Assembly (NCBI RefSeq): GCF_964355755.1
Contig: NC_092680.1
Span: forward strand, 21,027,045-21,091,044
Length of the DNA stretch: 64,000 nt
From: Antedon mediterranea
Lineage: Eukaryota; Animalia; Echinodermata
Direction: 5' to 3'
The notes under the pieces were generated by a model. It ran no database searches, was not told the DNA's origin, and worked only from the letters and a program-made list of their open reading frames with translations. Positions 47,791 to 62,139 of the stretch are shown piece by piece (within the stretch, counting starts at the first letter, position 1; every line of letters begins with the position of its first letter). A program made the translations under genes and the position numbers.

Positions 47791-49924
47791 TAATATAATA
47801 TAGAAACAAATAACACAAAATAATAATAAATAGATATTACCCATTAACTCCATCATAAAGGTTAAGTATTGTTCTGTCTGTAAGATTATTTTGTTTTTAC
47901 TATTTCATTTTACTTGTATAATCGCTTCTTATTTATTTAAGATTTGAAGTTATTTTTTATATTTTACTTTTTGTTTTATATTGCCTTGTAAATGAACATG
48001 TGCCGTTGATACAAAGCTGTTGTTCAATAAAGAATTAAAAAAATTAATAAAAAAATCGACCATAAAAAACTTCCTTGTGTAATTGAATTAGCTATCTACC
48101 TTTCGTAAAATGATTGCCTGCTACAGTGAGAAACAATATTCATTCTAGATTATAAACGAACAGATCGACCTGTGTGTTATTTAGTTTAGTGAGACATATG
48201 ACAATAGGCCTACATATTTTGAAAAGAAATATCTAAAATACACTTCACAATGCATCAGATTTTATCACTACCTGTATGTTTGAGGACAGACAAAGGAACA
48301 TGATGGTTGGATAAGTTACACAAACACAAGGTTTATGTTAATAAATGTGTGTTATTGAAATAATCAATTGTATTCGCCATTATTTTCTAGTTTACAAAAA
48401 TAGTTGAGTTCAGGTCATAGTTCTGACATAACAAGGAAATAATACCCAGACAATCACAAATTCCCAAACAATCACATGTTTCGAAAGAATATGAATTGAA
48501 AAAAATCCATAGATTTGAAATAGAAATTGAAAACCACTGATAAATGTGCAGTATGATGAAGATATACCAAAATACAACAATATAACTGAAACCATTTTCT
48601 GTTTAATATTATGCCATTTGATTGTAATTTGTTATTCACTTTGACAACAAATTATTGGTTTAAACAAATATTTGCCTGAAAAAACTATAATACAAAGCTA
48701 AAAACAGTCGATCAGAATGTTGGAGTTTAATTGGACATTTTGTCTTTTTATAAGTGAAATAATTAATTAGTTTTTTTCTACAGAAGTGAATAACTTTATT
48801 AAAACTGAAAAATGGCATATTCAATGTCTGATTTTATTAATCATAATTGTTCATATTGTTGTTCGCGACATGCTTCATACATCTTTACTATAACTATATG
48901 GACAAAATTGAATCTGAATTGATGCCTACAGATTTTAAAGTGTTTATCATGTCATCCGCTTGTTTTCAATTCTCGCACAAATTGAACATTCCTGAGCTAT
49001 TTGATTGGTTAGCCATTACCTACATCAACACTTTGCACGAACATATGTGACACTACTAGCTTTAAAAAATCAAAATACATAAGAAAATCTGAAGAGTTTA
49101 AACTGCGATTCATTTTATTGTTAATGTTGTCTTATAATGCAATTACGATTTTAAAATGGTGTGCCGATCAGCTCAGCTACACAATGCTGTTATAGGGTTA
49201 TCAACAAACTTTTAGTTCGCAGGTGCTAAAAACCAGGGACGAGTGAATTCACTTTTCCCTGCTAAAAAACAATAATACCCGCAGAGAAGATCATAAGGTG
49301 TGAATCTATGGTATTGCAACATAAACTAATTTAAATATGATTGTCAACTTAAAGTCCTAATAAAACAAAATATCTAAAAACAATATTAGGTATTATATAG
49401 TATTACTGTGACATTTAATTTATAGAAAATGTTTTAGAATTTCTGATGTTTATAGTGAAGTTTGTGACTGATCATGGAGAATAACTTATTTCTTCATGGA
49501 CTGAAAGAAAAATAATTTATCTAAAACTAATCTACTTTATATATTATTATATTTATACAATACTAACTAAACTAATCAAATCTGTGATTTATTTGAATAT
49601 TTTGCAGTCTTATGACGTCATACGTCTACTCGTAAAATGCCACAAGTGGCAGTCGACTTGCACATGCGCATATCATAAAAATGATGTCATAAGATAGCAA
49701 CCGACAAAGTTGATGTGAAAAAAATAATATTCCCAATTATTTGAATGTGAACAGGCATATTGGTTTTGTTTAGTTTCATTTATCAGGCCAAGAGAATAGA
49801 TTTAAAGAAATCACAAATATGGCACAAAATGGCCCAAAATGTCTGTTTTCAATTATATTACGACCATAAGAACATTCTTGGTTTGTCAGTACATGAATAA
49901 TTAATTTGTGTTAAAAAAACATTT

Positions 49925-52900
49925 TTAAACATTTTTGACAAAGGCAATGACAGCATCATATGCTTGACTAACATATGGCTCAACAACATTATAAACAGCA
50001 ACAAAATAAGGAGCAATGAATACCAAAATAAGTCCACAATAATAAGCTACAAATTCATACATAATTTGCAGATATCTTGAAACCTCTGCCAGTACAACTG
50101 GTGCCTTGGCTTCAACCTATAGAAGGAATAATTTATATGATTTTGTAAAAGTGATCGTATTTAGACATTATTTTACATATTATTTCACATATTCAAATAT
50201 AAATATGGATTAATCTCATAAATAAAAGATGAACTGTAGTATGTTATCTATGGCAAGATAACAATAGATAACAAAGACAAAGGAATTATGATAAAAATAA
50301 ATTATGAAACAAAATTAAATCAAATATTAAATGAGGTCATGAAGACTGCACAAATACGAGTCAACATTTATTATTACTTTTTTTAATTTTTTTTTACAAC
50401 AGTTGTGAAAAATAATATTTTATCACTAGGGTTAATTTTCCATAAATTCAATTTTTTTGAAGATGTATGCGCAAAGCTCTGTCCACACTATCAAACTACT
50501 TTGACAAACAAGGTGTGATGTGCCCAAATATGGTAGTATTATGATGTCATCGTGTCCATATATGGGCACCACATAATTTTTTTGTCACAAAGTTCGATAG
50601 TGTACACAGAGCTTAAACACTCTTGGTTAACCGATTGTTATGATGGTGAGCACAACCTCTATCTTTGAGGTATACAAAATAAACCAGCTAATTAATAACA
50701 TTTTGAAAAGAAGGTCGAGGTCGAAACAATAAATAGAATTCTTACCCAGGCTATTACAATTGGGATATATTCTTTAAACCATAATTGTATCGGTTGAGTT
50801 ACTTCTAGGAAGTAGTTGCAGCTGTATGCCATATATTTAAGTAACAGTTGCAGATAAGGAGCACAGAAGTTGCAGAATGTACTGTAATATTTAGGTATAT
50901 TTTCAAGAAGCCACCTAAAAAACAAACACAAATTAATGGTTGAAGTTTGCGGTACACCACGTATATTAGTTCTGAAAAGAACTGTTGAGTTTCTTTCTCA
51001 ATATGCTTTGATTATCCTCAGGAGTGAGAATGAATAAAAAATAAATATATTTTTCGACCTAATTTTTGGTCAAAGTTGATAACTATTATGTGATATTAAA
51101 ATGGCATATTTAACAAAACAATTTTAAATAATATTTTTTCAGGGGACAATACATCTTTAAATTACTTTAAAAAGGGATAATGCAGGTACTATAGCTAAGA
51201 CTTACTTGCTTGCAATCGATGAGTAAAAGGTTATTTTGCTCCAAGCCTGTAATAGTACAGCTGTCACACCAGACTTGTTGCCAAAGGCCACTAACCGAGA
51301 ATCTAACACAAAACAAGTAAGTTTTTAAATCTTCAGGAATAAAAATAAATTGGTTTTCCAATTTAGAATTCTATACCAAAATAGGAATACTATGAATACT
51401 ATTTCATTCTTATTACAAATAAAACTATTTTAAATACTCCGCATTTTGTACCTGTAAATGATCCTGATGAGTAAACATCAACAAACAACAGAACACCAAC
51501 ACTTAAGAGGACAGTAAATATAGCTAGTTTCCATGGAAACTCAAATCCAGTCATTCTTAATAACAGTTCCTAAAAAGGAAACAAAATCATTATGAATTTT
51601 TTAAACCAACTCAACTTACTGATTTTACAACAAAATTTGACACTAGAAATAAAATCGAGATGAGATACCAATACCAAAAACAATATAACAATTTTACTTT
51701 TTCACTTTTTCAATATACTACATTTTATAGTTACTTAAAAGTAATAAATTATGTTTAAAAATATCATTTTGTTAACATGTTTTTCTGTTGTTTAAAATGC
51801 AATAAAATATTGAAAGTGAAAATATTAAAATAACATTGTTTAAAGATATATTGTCCCCCTAACGTTTTTTTTTTAAATTTTTTTGTTGAATATGCCATTT
51901 TAATGTCATAATAGGTACTTCATTTTGATCAAAAACTGGATCGAAAACTAAATTATTTACTTTAAAAAAAATTAAATTAAAGCAAAAAAATACTTAATTG
52001 TCTGTCAGGCAATGGTTTTTGGTTAAAATTAACTGTTTCTTTTGACGTAGTGAAATAGTTATTTTTGTTGTTGTTTTTTTTAAACTGAAAATGGGCTATT
52101 AAAAGTCTGATTTTATAAATCTTTATTTTTCATGATTTTGGGGGACAATACATCTTTAAAATTAATAAATTATGTTTACAAATATCATTTTGTTAACATG
52201 TTTTGCATACTGTTTTTTAAATGCAATAACATCGGCAAAAAAATTATTATAATGTTGTTTAAATAGTGAACCAGTAAACAACATATGATCAACCTACCTG
52301 ACAGGTTTTCTTGCATTCATCCACTTTATAGTCACTAGAGAGATCCTCATTTGTTATACTAAATGCGTGAACTGTCTCGTGTAGCCACGATTTTGGGATC
52401 TAGAATAAAATATCATATTAATATATAACACAATTCTTCTAATCAAATACAGTGAGCTTTCCATATCTTACGTTGATTTTTGGAAAGGTTTCCAATTGAA
52501 AAAAAAAATCAAGAGCTTAGAATCTAAGCAAAATCATTGGCAAAATTAAGAGAGTAACAGGGGAGCAATATTTCGGCCTAGGTCATTAATATAGAATCAA
52601 TAATGTTCTGTCGGTATATCGTACAAAAAAAACCCCCAAATATTTCATTGCGCAAACAACCAAACAAAACAACTTTGTGCCAAGTAAAAACATGATAGTT
52701 CTACTAATGAAGATCATAGTATAGTATGTGATTTCACAGTCTTAAACTTACAGTTTTTGTCTGTCCGTCCCAGTTGTCAAGTAGATGATTCAGGAGTATT
52801 GCAGACTGTTGTAAGTGGGATACATAAAGAAGACGCCAGCCACTGAGACACTGTCTGTCATTAGACAGACATCGGACAAGACACAACAGCAACTGAAATA

Positions 52901-55900
52901 AGTAACAGCATTTAAAAATAAATTACAATCAATGGTGTTAGAATTAGAATACAGAGAAAAATTAAAATAAATATAAAAATTACATTTATATTTTTAATAA
53001 ATGAAACGATTGTATGCAGAAAAATATGATAATTTATGATGTAGGTTAGTAATACATGTAACAACTTAACTAAGTATAAAGGTAATAATTGTTGAAGACG
53101 TGAGAGCAGCGTGGTCCAAGAAGATTGTACCACGCCCTCTCAGTTCTCAAAATAGAATCGTGTTAAACTTTGTTTTCACATGCTTATCTGTCCAAACTCA
53201 TTTTTAAGTTTTCTGATATGCTTTTATATATATTTACATATTTATTCACTGAATTAAATATGACGTATAGTGTTAGCAATTTGTTTAATACATTTGTTCT
53301 GATAACTACTGTACTGATGAAAGTGTACTGTATGTTGATTATTATGTCAAAAACAATAGTATTGTTGCAGCTTACTTCATCCTTGTACTTTGACGAGTTG
53401 TGACCTGTGAGCCTGGTAAGAAGAGAAGGAAAATAGTGCCTCAGAGTCTCTTGTGGATCCACACCAAATGCCATTTCCTATAAAAACAATAGCACATACA
53501 ATGTCATTGGACATATTCCATTCAGATCAACAAGGTGACCGGTGACCTTTGACCCTAATCAAAGATCTATAGTAAAATAGATATTCATCTTGACATGAGA
53601 TTCAGTGTGAAGTGCACACAAAATCATTGCAGTTAAAGATGTCCACATTTTTGTGTGCAGACTTGTATACAAACTGTTACTTTTTTTTACCAAGATTGAC
53701 ATGACCTAAGATTGACATAACCCAAGATGGACATGACCCAAGATGGACATGACCTAAGATAATTTGACATGACCTAAGATTGATATGACTCAAGATGGAC
53801 ATGACCTAAGATAATTTGACATGAGGTCAACGCACAAAATGAATTTGTTAGCATTTAAATCTAAAATGTAGTACCTTCAATTTTGGATATAGATCTTCTA
53901 ATTTCTTTTGTAAACTGAAAAACAATAGACATTAAAAAAAATATAATACACAGATATATACATCATTGTATTTTAAACATATATTATTATATATTTACTT
54001 ATATAATGTGTTACATAAGTATCACAAATTAAATAAACAAGACAATTGACGATTGTGAAAAAAAGAGCAACTTACTTTTGTGGAAGTGACTGATTAGGTG
54101 TGAAGACAAAATCTAAAATTGGGAAGAATTCACTTGGCGTTATGTGCAACCTGGCAACTTTCTGCTTTTTCATTCTTCTGAAAACAAAATATTTGAGAGA
54201 AAGTATATTATAAAGTTATTTTACACATGAAGCTTGCTACAGTGAAAAATAGCTAACTAATTGAAGGATCACCTAAAGAAAACAAATATTTAAACAATGA
54301 AATTACTTACTGGATTATTTCCTCAAGATAATTAATTGAAAACTGTGAAAAAGCCTTGTAGCCGATAAGTGGAAGCATCAGATCACTCCAAACTAAAAAA
54401 AAAAGAAAAAAAAAAAGGAGGCTTTCAGTTAGCAATGCAATTATTATCATATACATAATATATGTAGCGCAATTAACTCAAAATAAGGCAACTTAACTTT
54501 AAATGAAGCTTGAAGGCAAGTTTAACAGCCATTCCCATATATTTATTTCATTAGAATTTTGATTTCAAAACTCAAATCACAAACTGACATAGTAACCCGC
54601 CTCCTCACCCTACATTTAAATGCTAGGACAACCTCATCCAGTCTGAATACAGACTTACATCACAAACTAACAATATTCCTAACCAACCATGATTCTATAT
54701 GTCAACAACTCAAGTTCAGTAAACTTACACTTTGGCACAATTATTGAATGAAGGTGCGTCCAGAATAAGTAAAATAAAATTTAAATGAAAGAAGGCCTAT
54801 TTACAAGGAAACTTAAACTAAACTATGTACAAAATATAAAAAAATAACAATAACAAAAGTAATTATCTTACCTTTAAATGCTATGTGTACATCATCATTA
54901 CCTGCCTGACTGCAAACCCACATCACAAACTGGCATTGTTGTTGCATCCCTTGTTTCTTCTTTATAAACTCTAAATTCTTATAAATAAACAAAATGGGTA
55001 TTTTAACAAACAAGGTAGTGAATACTGTTTAAATATCACTGATACACTTTTGATATTAAAATCAGAATAAGTAAGATAAGATAAGATAACTTTTATTGAT
55101 CCTCAAAAAGGAAATTCATTGCTCGTCATAATAACAAATCAACCAATACTTCTGAATTATATTCATTACATTTATAGACGGTAAATATACTACCATTCAT
55201 AGCTATTTTTATAGTTTAACTTTCAACTATTCTGTTGTAAAAGTTATCAAAAATATTGTATTCAATTTCATATATTATTTTTTTTACTTACTAATTTTGT
55301 TGACTTGGAAACAAATTGTGGGTAGTTTCTAGCAAGACACTGGAGTGTAATTCTGTAGCCATAGTTAGGACCAGCTGTAAATACAACAGGATACTAAGTA
55401 TTGGAGTCTTTAATTATGTTTACTAAAAAATAATTTTCTCTTTTAATTAATACCTTTTTTTTAAACAAATCTAATAAATAGTACAGTTTTTGGGGCCTTA
55501 CTTTTTTCTTCCTGCACCAACTTTGAAAATGTATTATCAAACCAAGTACAGGTACTAAAAGGCATCATAAACTAAAGTCTACATACTATCCTACATACTG
55601 TACATCTTGTATAAACTAAATTTGATATTTGATCTGGTATTAAAATCAGAGAATTATAATTAATCCATGAAATTAAAAACAATAATTGATCAACTGTACT
55701 TTTGTCAGAGTCTTTTTTCATCTCCGTCATACAATAAGTAAAAAATTGCTCCAGCATGGACTCATCAAACTGCTTAAAAGTTGCCACTAGGAACTCCAAT
55801 TGGTTTTGATTTAATGCACTCAGAGGGTAAGCTGTGAAAAATAATGCAAGAAAAAAGAGCTGTATTAAAGTGAAGTCAATTTTATTTTCATACATCATAA

Positions 55901-58334
55901 CAAAATAGGCAATTGCTGATGAGCCTCATCTAGCACCACCAGGCAAGGCCAAACAATCTTTCAGCTCTGTCAAAAAACTATCAAAAAAATGTGATGTGCC
56001 CATATATGGACATGATGATGCCATATCACTACCATATTTGGGCACATCACACTAGTTTGATAGTGTAGACAGAGCTTTACATTGGTCATATTTGGGCATG
56101 TCACTACCATATTTGGGCACATCACACTAGTTTGATAGTGTAGACAGAGCTGATGTATGAACGAATAAGCAGCATTGATCTTACAAAAAAACAATAATAA
56201 TAATTAATAGTGGTTATTGCAGTGTTATCTCAAAGCCTGTTGGTTTGCTAACAACATTTACAAGAATAAATTGGCCAAATAAAGTGATTTTACCTTTTCA
56301 TATTAGATTAGGTAAATTATGCTATGATATCAACATGCTTAATTAGCCAGAATTTAATTCTAAATTGGGAGAACAAAGATGCTGTTGCGATTGTTGTTAT
56401 ACTGTACTGAAAACAAATTTATTATAAATTCAAAAACAATACCTGGTGGTTTTTCTAAGAAGAAAGGATCTGTAATCTTAGTAGCCACATTCAATTTAAC
56501 ATTCAAGAAGTTGACAAACTCTCCAAGCCACAGCTGAAAAACAAATTTTAGTTTAATTTATACTGTACATTACAATCATAAATATTAATGATAAAATTAT
56601 GGATTTTGTCACGGCGGGTGCACATATAAACACATTTCACTTTTATGTAATTTAATTCCGAAACTGAAGGGAATAGTAACAAAATATGGTAAGCAAGAAA
56701 ACTTGTCAACAAAAAGCCTGCAGAACTTACACTACTGTATGTAAACAATCAGCGTAAGAATATCATACAGATGTATTGTCCCCCAAATAAATGAAGATTA
56801 ATAAAATAAAACATTTAATAAAATGGGCCATTTTGTTTAAAAAACATATTATTATAACAACATTTTTCTAGGGGGACAATTGTCGTATTCGATTGGAAAC
56901 TTTTGTTGTCAACGTAAAGATTCGTTGAGTACTTTTTATATTCGAATTGTAAATTTGTGCTCAACAGAAAGTCATTCGAATAGAAAACGTTGACAACGAA
57001 AGCTTTTTCGTTAAGAACAATCTCAACGCTCAAAATACTTCGTTAAATAAGTACTCAACGGAAAAACTACTCAACGGTTCACTCGAATACGACAAATATA
57101 TCTTTAATCAATCAATCTAATATTATAAACTTTACAGGGTTGTACAAAAAACTGTTATATTTGCATAATAATTGCATTGCATCTGGCAAAGTCTAATAAT
57201 AATACTGCTTGTTTACATTGTTGTACAATTACTGTTATTATACTAGGTTTAATTCCATAAAACAAAGATCAAAACCATAAAATTTAACTCACAGAGGGAG
57301 CGTTGCTTTTGGATTTGATTTCATTGAATTGTTTTTTCATATCATTACAGCCCAATGTTTTCAAAGCATCTTCCAAACATGTTACTGGTGCTGCCTTCTT
57401 TTCTTTCTTCTTTGTTTTTGTTGTTTTGTCTCCTCCTTGTGCTGGTTTCTTCGCCTGTATTCCATTAGAGGAGGAGCTTGTCGTCAAACTGTTCACAGGA
57501 CTTAATGGTTTCTGTTTTTTATCCAAAGCTTGATAAATGGTTTTACTGGTTTCTAACGGAGCTTTGAAATCAAGTAAATTTCATTTCAATATAAAAAATA
57601 AATTTTGATATTTATTATAACAAGTAATATATAAAGAAACCAAATATGAATGATTATGATATAAAATGATTTGTTTGTGGGAGTAGTAATTAATATAAAT
57701 TTTTTTAAGATACCTAAAATAATGGAAAGCGTATAAAGTTGGTCTTTGGGTTGGATCTATCTTTATTTAAGTTGGATATTTTGGTTGTGGAACAGCTAAA
57801 CATCTAGTTAGGCATAGGCCTACCAATCACCAGGCTAGCCTAGGTCAAAGTTTATATTTTATAAATATTATTAAAAAATACCTTTTTTAACTAATTAATG
57901 CATGGGCTACAGCAGACAGTGTGTATAAACTATTATGATTATATAAATTTATAAATTACATTAAAATTAATCAAACCCCTAACATTGGGAAGGTCACGGA
58001 TGCACCATATGGTACACAATCCGTACACAGTACAGTCAGATTGCTAGCCGTATGACTGTATGATCCTTTGTCGGTCAACCCGGATGCCAGCTCATTTCTC
58101 GGCCAACAGCAGCCGGCTGTCTTCCGTACGAACAGACCGCAGTCTAGCCTAGACTTTTCATAGTAAAACAACAAGTAGGAGGCCATTCCATGCCTTTATT
58201 TCTTTCAATTTAATACTAATGAACATACCAGAAGTATCGACTATAGTAGCGTTTTCAATAAACGCTTTCTTTGACGTTTTCTTATCTTTTTTCTTTCCAT
58301 GAGATACGACGTCCCATTTCGCCGGCGAAGCCAT
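49925..58334 (-). CDS. TMEM214: Transmembrane protein 214, about 16 coding exons
   Basis: Starts MASPAKWDVVSHGKK. Exons translate to LWLGEFVNFLN, YPLS, GYRITLQCLA, WVCSQAG, VWSDLMLP, TLRHYFPSLLTRL, CLSGWRLLYVSHLQQSAILLNHLL and FPWKLAIF, which follow the TMEM214 family in order. Stop at 49925-49927. Confidence 0.9.
53697..53825. repeat. 17-bp tandem repeat (GACATGACCTAAGATTG-like), intronic
   Basis: About 7 copies read directly. Confidence 0.85.
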
Positions 58335-58500
58335 TTTGACAAGAGAGATGATGATGTGTTGATTTTATGAATATGGAACGCCAAAACTGCCATTAGTTTA
58401 AAAAAAAATAACCTTCGTCCGGCTTCGGACCTAACAAAGTAAATAGGGGTTGGACATAGGCTAGTGTTAACTTTCCATTGCATGTTCAGTTCACAAGAAA

Positions 58501-58604
58501 GTGTCACAGGGGTGTTCACCCCGGGTGTCACAGGGGTGTTCACCCCGGGTGTCACAGGGGTGTTCACCCCGGGTGTCACAGGGGTGTTCACCCCGGGTGT
58601 CACA
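58501..58604. repeat. Perfect 24-bp GC-rich tandem repeat (GTGTCACAGGGGTGTTCACCCCGG x4) upstream of TMEM214
   Basis: Read directly. It produces the GVNTPVTP/SQGCSPRV pseudo-ORFs. Confidence 0.95.
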
Positions 58605-59597
58605 AAGGTTCTACTGTATATCAAATTTCAAAGGTTTATGGCTTACACATCATTTAAACAAAATAAATACACATTTTGAAAAAAGCACTGTATTTAAATT
58701 TCAAAAATCTAGTACTTTTCACATGTTTTCACGCTGCTGCTCTAGCCCGCTACGTCACACGAGATGACTCATTTATTAGATGAAATCAAGCAGCAGTTAT
58801 AGTACTACACTTTGACATTTTTGCTAAAATGGAAACTCGACTATAATTTATAGGTACCAGCTGCATTTCTGGTATTTATGAGTCCCATGACAATACTGTA
58901 TTTCGCTGTCAGATAATCATTTGAATTATTATCAAAACAGTCCATGAAAGTTTTTGTTTGTAATATGATACTTCACACTTGAAGTATCTAATTCGTGATG
59001 AAGTGACCCCCAGACTTGACCTTAGCAATAAAATAAACTAAATTGAGTCTGTTTCATATCAAAGTTATTCACTTCTGTAACAAAATTCACATTATAAAAA
59101 GAGAAAAGAAACGTTTAATTATTATAACTCAAAAACCACATTGTCTGACAGACAATTGAGGTATTTTTTGCTTTTGATTACATTTTTTCAGGTAAAATAA
59201 CTATTATGTGACAATAAAATGACACATTCAAAAACAAATTTGAAATAAAAAATATTTTTCAGAGGGACAATATATCTTTAAAACTGTTACATCAATAAGC
59301 GAGCAGCATTTTTTGTAAGAAATATTTCTTGTTTAATCATATTTTAAAACCTTATGACAATCAATATTATGTTATTTGACATAATAGTGTGACTCTGTTT
59401 TTGCTGAGACCTCTATTCCTTTAATATCTTGCATTGTCATTTTGAGAACTGTTTATAAGTAAGATTATCATTTTGTAAAGTAAGCAGTTTATTTTACACA
59501 TGTTTATTCAGAAGATACAATGTTTTGTATAAACAAAAATATTATTTAAAAAAATCAAAAACATCAAAATTAAATTTTAAAGTAAGTTAAAATACAT

Positions 59598-61906
59598 TTA
59601 TGATTCATCATCGTCATCATCTTCATCATCTCTTGCCATCTGATCATGTTTTGTACCATACATGGTCAACAAATCAACAATAGCATTCATTATCTTCCCT
59701 TCTTTTACGGTATTGCTCCAATTGGTCAACCCCGGACAGGTTATCTTTTTTTCCAACAGTTTGTCTAATTCTTTACGGAGATCCTACGAAAAAAAAACAA
59801 ATTAATCCAAAAGTTTTGATTTTTTATTTTTTAAAAATCATGCATGCAGTAGTACAGTTATCCAACACAATGATCGAAAGCTCTGTCTACACTGGGCACA
59901 TCACACTTTTTTTGTCAAACTAATCTGATAGTGTAGACAGAGCTTACAGCAATGTTCCACAAACTATGAATGTTGTACACAATGAATGAATATTTATGAG
60001 CATTAGGACATTATAAAGTCTTAAGCTCTGTCTACACTATTAAACTAGTTTGAAAAGTGTGATGTGCCCAAATATGGTAGTGAAATGACATCATCATGTC
60101 CATATATGGGCACATCACATTTTTTTGTCACACTAGTTTGATGGTGCGGACAGAGCATAAGTCAATAAACTTATGGAAGTAAGTTTATGGTTTATTTTAC
60201 ATCAACATTTTCATTTTTACACTCGTGCTAAACAGCGCATAGAGACTATTTGTATTTTGCGCTATATAAATTTAAAACCATTAAACCATTAAAACCATTA
60301 AACCATTAAAACCTTTAAACCAATACTGACCTTAACAATAGCTGCAATGCTTTCTTGTGACCTAAAAGTAATTTGATTGTCTACGGATATGATCTCAAGT
60401 CCATCGTCATCAACTCCAACGTGGAGATCACCGCCAAAGAATAGTAAAGGGTACGGCTCTACTATTGTGGTATCGTGTAGGTACACCTTGAAAGAAGTAA
60501 CAAAATTAGTTTTAAATATTATCAAATTCTTTAAAACGGTTTTATTGGAATATGTATTGTTTATGTATCATATTTATTGTTATTAGGAGTGTTCTGTAAG
60601 TGTAAGTGAAATAAACAACCTAAAGAAATAAGGGATTGTAATGTGATATTTTAAGCAAAACAAAGTTTTAAATGGTGGTGTAACGCAGCGAGCAAAGGCC
60701 GCTGATTTAGCACTCCTAAAGGGCCATCCAATGCTGGATTGGGGCTGCTAATGCTCTGGGCCCCTTAAGTTCTGGGGCGTCTACATTTAGCTGGTGAGCA
60801 CTCATAGCCGTTGAAAACAAACATTATTTCTTTCATTTTTATCTTCCTTAGAGGGAATACCATGTACATACAAATGCGTTTGTTGACTTACCCCGGTTGA
60901 TTTCATTTTCAAGTGATACAATAGGTAACTGCTTGCAAAGTTTGTCTCCTTTGAGTTGATGGACTTTGGGTGTATTTCCACTTTGCCATCTTGTTTGGTA
61001 TAGCACTTTACACTAAAAACAGATAATATTGTAGAACTTCTTATTTAGGACAACCGTGTTTTAGCACCATATGCAGTGTAAACCTCAATACAGGGGAAAC
61101 CCCTATTTAACAGACACCCTTGTTAAGAGCACACTTTTTAGTAATACGAATGTTTGTTTTAGCCCTATGGCCAATCCATCCTCAAGGTACTGCATCTCCT
61201 TAATGAGGGTACTACTGTATTAAACTGTTTTACTCTACAAGAAGCATGTTTCAAACAGTACCATAGTAATATTGGCCAGAAAATTGTCCGATTCGATACG
61301 AAAGGTAAACGAAAAACTGACATAAAAAATATGTAGACCCTAAGTCTGATTATTTTAAGAGTAATAATTTTCTATTTCTTACCGAGAAATTTGCTTCTTC
61401 TTTGAGAATCTTGATTTCACTTGCGCAACATTAGGATACAGTCCAGCGCACAGGACGGCCTTTATCAGCTGCTCATTGTCTAATAGAAAAAACAAATATA
61501 CAGATTTACATAGGAAGTAATGAAAAACTACCATAGCTTAATTCTTGATCAAACTTATACACTTTCTGATGTCTTTCTTAACCTTTGTCTACACTATCAA
61601 ACTAGTTTGACAAAAACAGTGTGATGTACCTAAATATGGTAGTGATATGACCAAATATGGTAGTGATATGACCAAATATGGTAGTGATATGACCAAATAT
61701 AGTAGTGATACAAAATCATCATGTCCTTATATTTATTTGTCGCATAAAGTTTGATAGTGTAGACAGAGCTTTATAGACAAGTATTGTGGTTTGCAAAGTG
61801 ATTTACCCGAGTGAATATTAGCCTCATCCTGTTTACAGCTCTTATTAAGTACAAAACCAATGTTACACAACAGCTCACAAAACTGTGTTTTCATGTTATC
61901 CAACAT
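59598..61906 (-). CDS. DHX36: ATP-dependent DEAH helicase DHX36 (RHAU), last five exons: ~61906-61807, 61479-61383, 61013-60892, 60487-60331, 59784-59598. The 5' part lies beyond the window
   Basis: MLDNMKTQFCELL, LIKAVLCAGLYPNVA, DGKVEIHPKSIN, LLYHLKMKST, VYLHDTT.V.PYPLLFFGGD and DLRKELDKLLEKKI follow the DHX36 OB-fold and C-terminus. Confidence 0.88.
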
Positions 61907-62139
61907 CTAAAAGAATAAATATGGATATAGATATAGATATACAGTATATAGAGAGCTTTGAAAACAATTCATATGCAACCATTACAGCAAAATTATTATT
62001 TTTTTTTATTAGAGGCTTAGGGAGTGTAGTAGAAAGAGAGAACCCTAGACCTTGGGATTGGCAAACACCACCACGCTACCAGCTCCACAAAAATGTGCAT
62101 GTTGTATACAGTAGTGTGCTTTTATTTGTATGCTGTATA

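Noticed and set aside
54559-54747. 62-aa ORF antisense within a TMEM214 intron
   Set aside because: Non-ATG start and no recognisable motif. At most a decayed retroelement scrap.
57971-57985. Telomerase RNA template-like AAACCCCTAAC
   Set aside because: It has four Cs and lacks the alignment repeat needed for TTAGGG. I saw no pseudoknot or H/ACA domain.
57971-58767. ORFs 57971-58186, 58241-58624, 58464-58679 and 58501-58767 as genes
   Set aside because: They arise from intron sequence, the wrong frame over TMEM214 exon 1, or the 24-bp VNTR.
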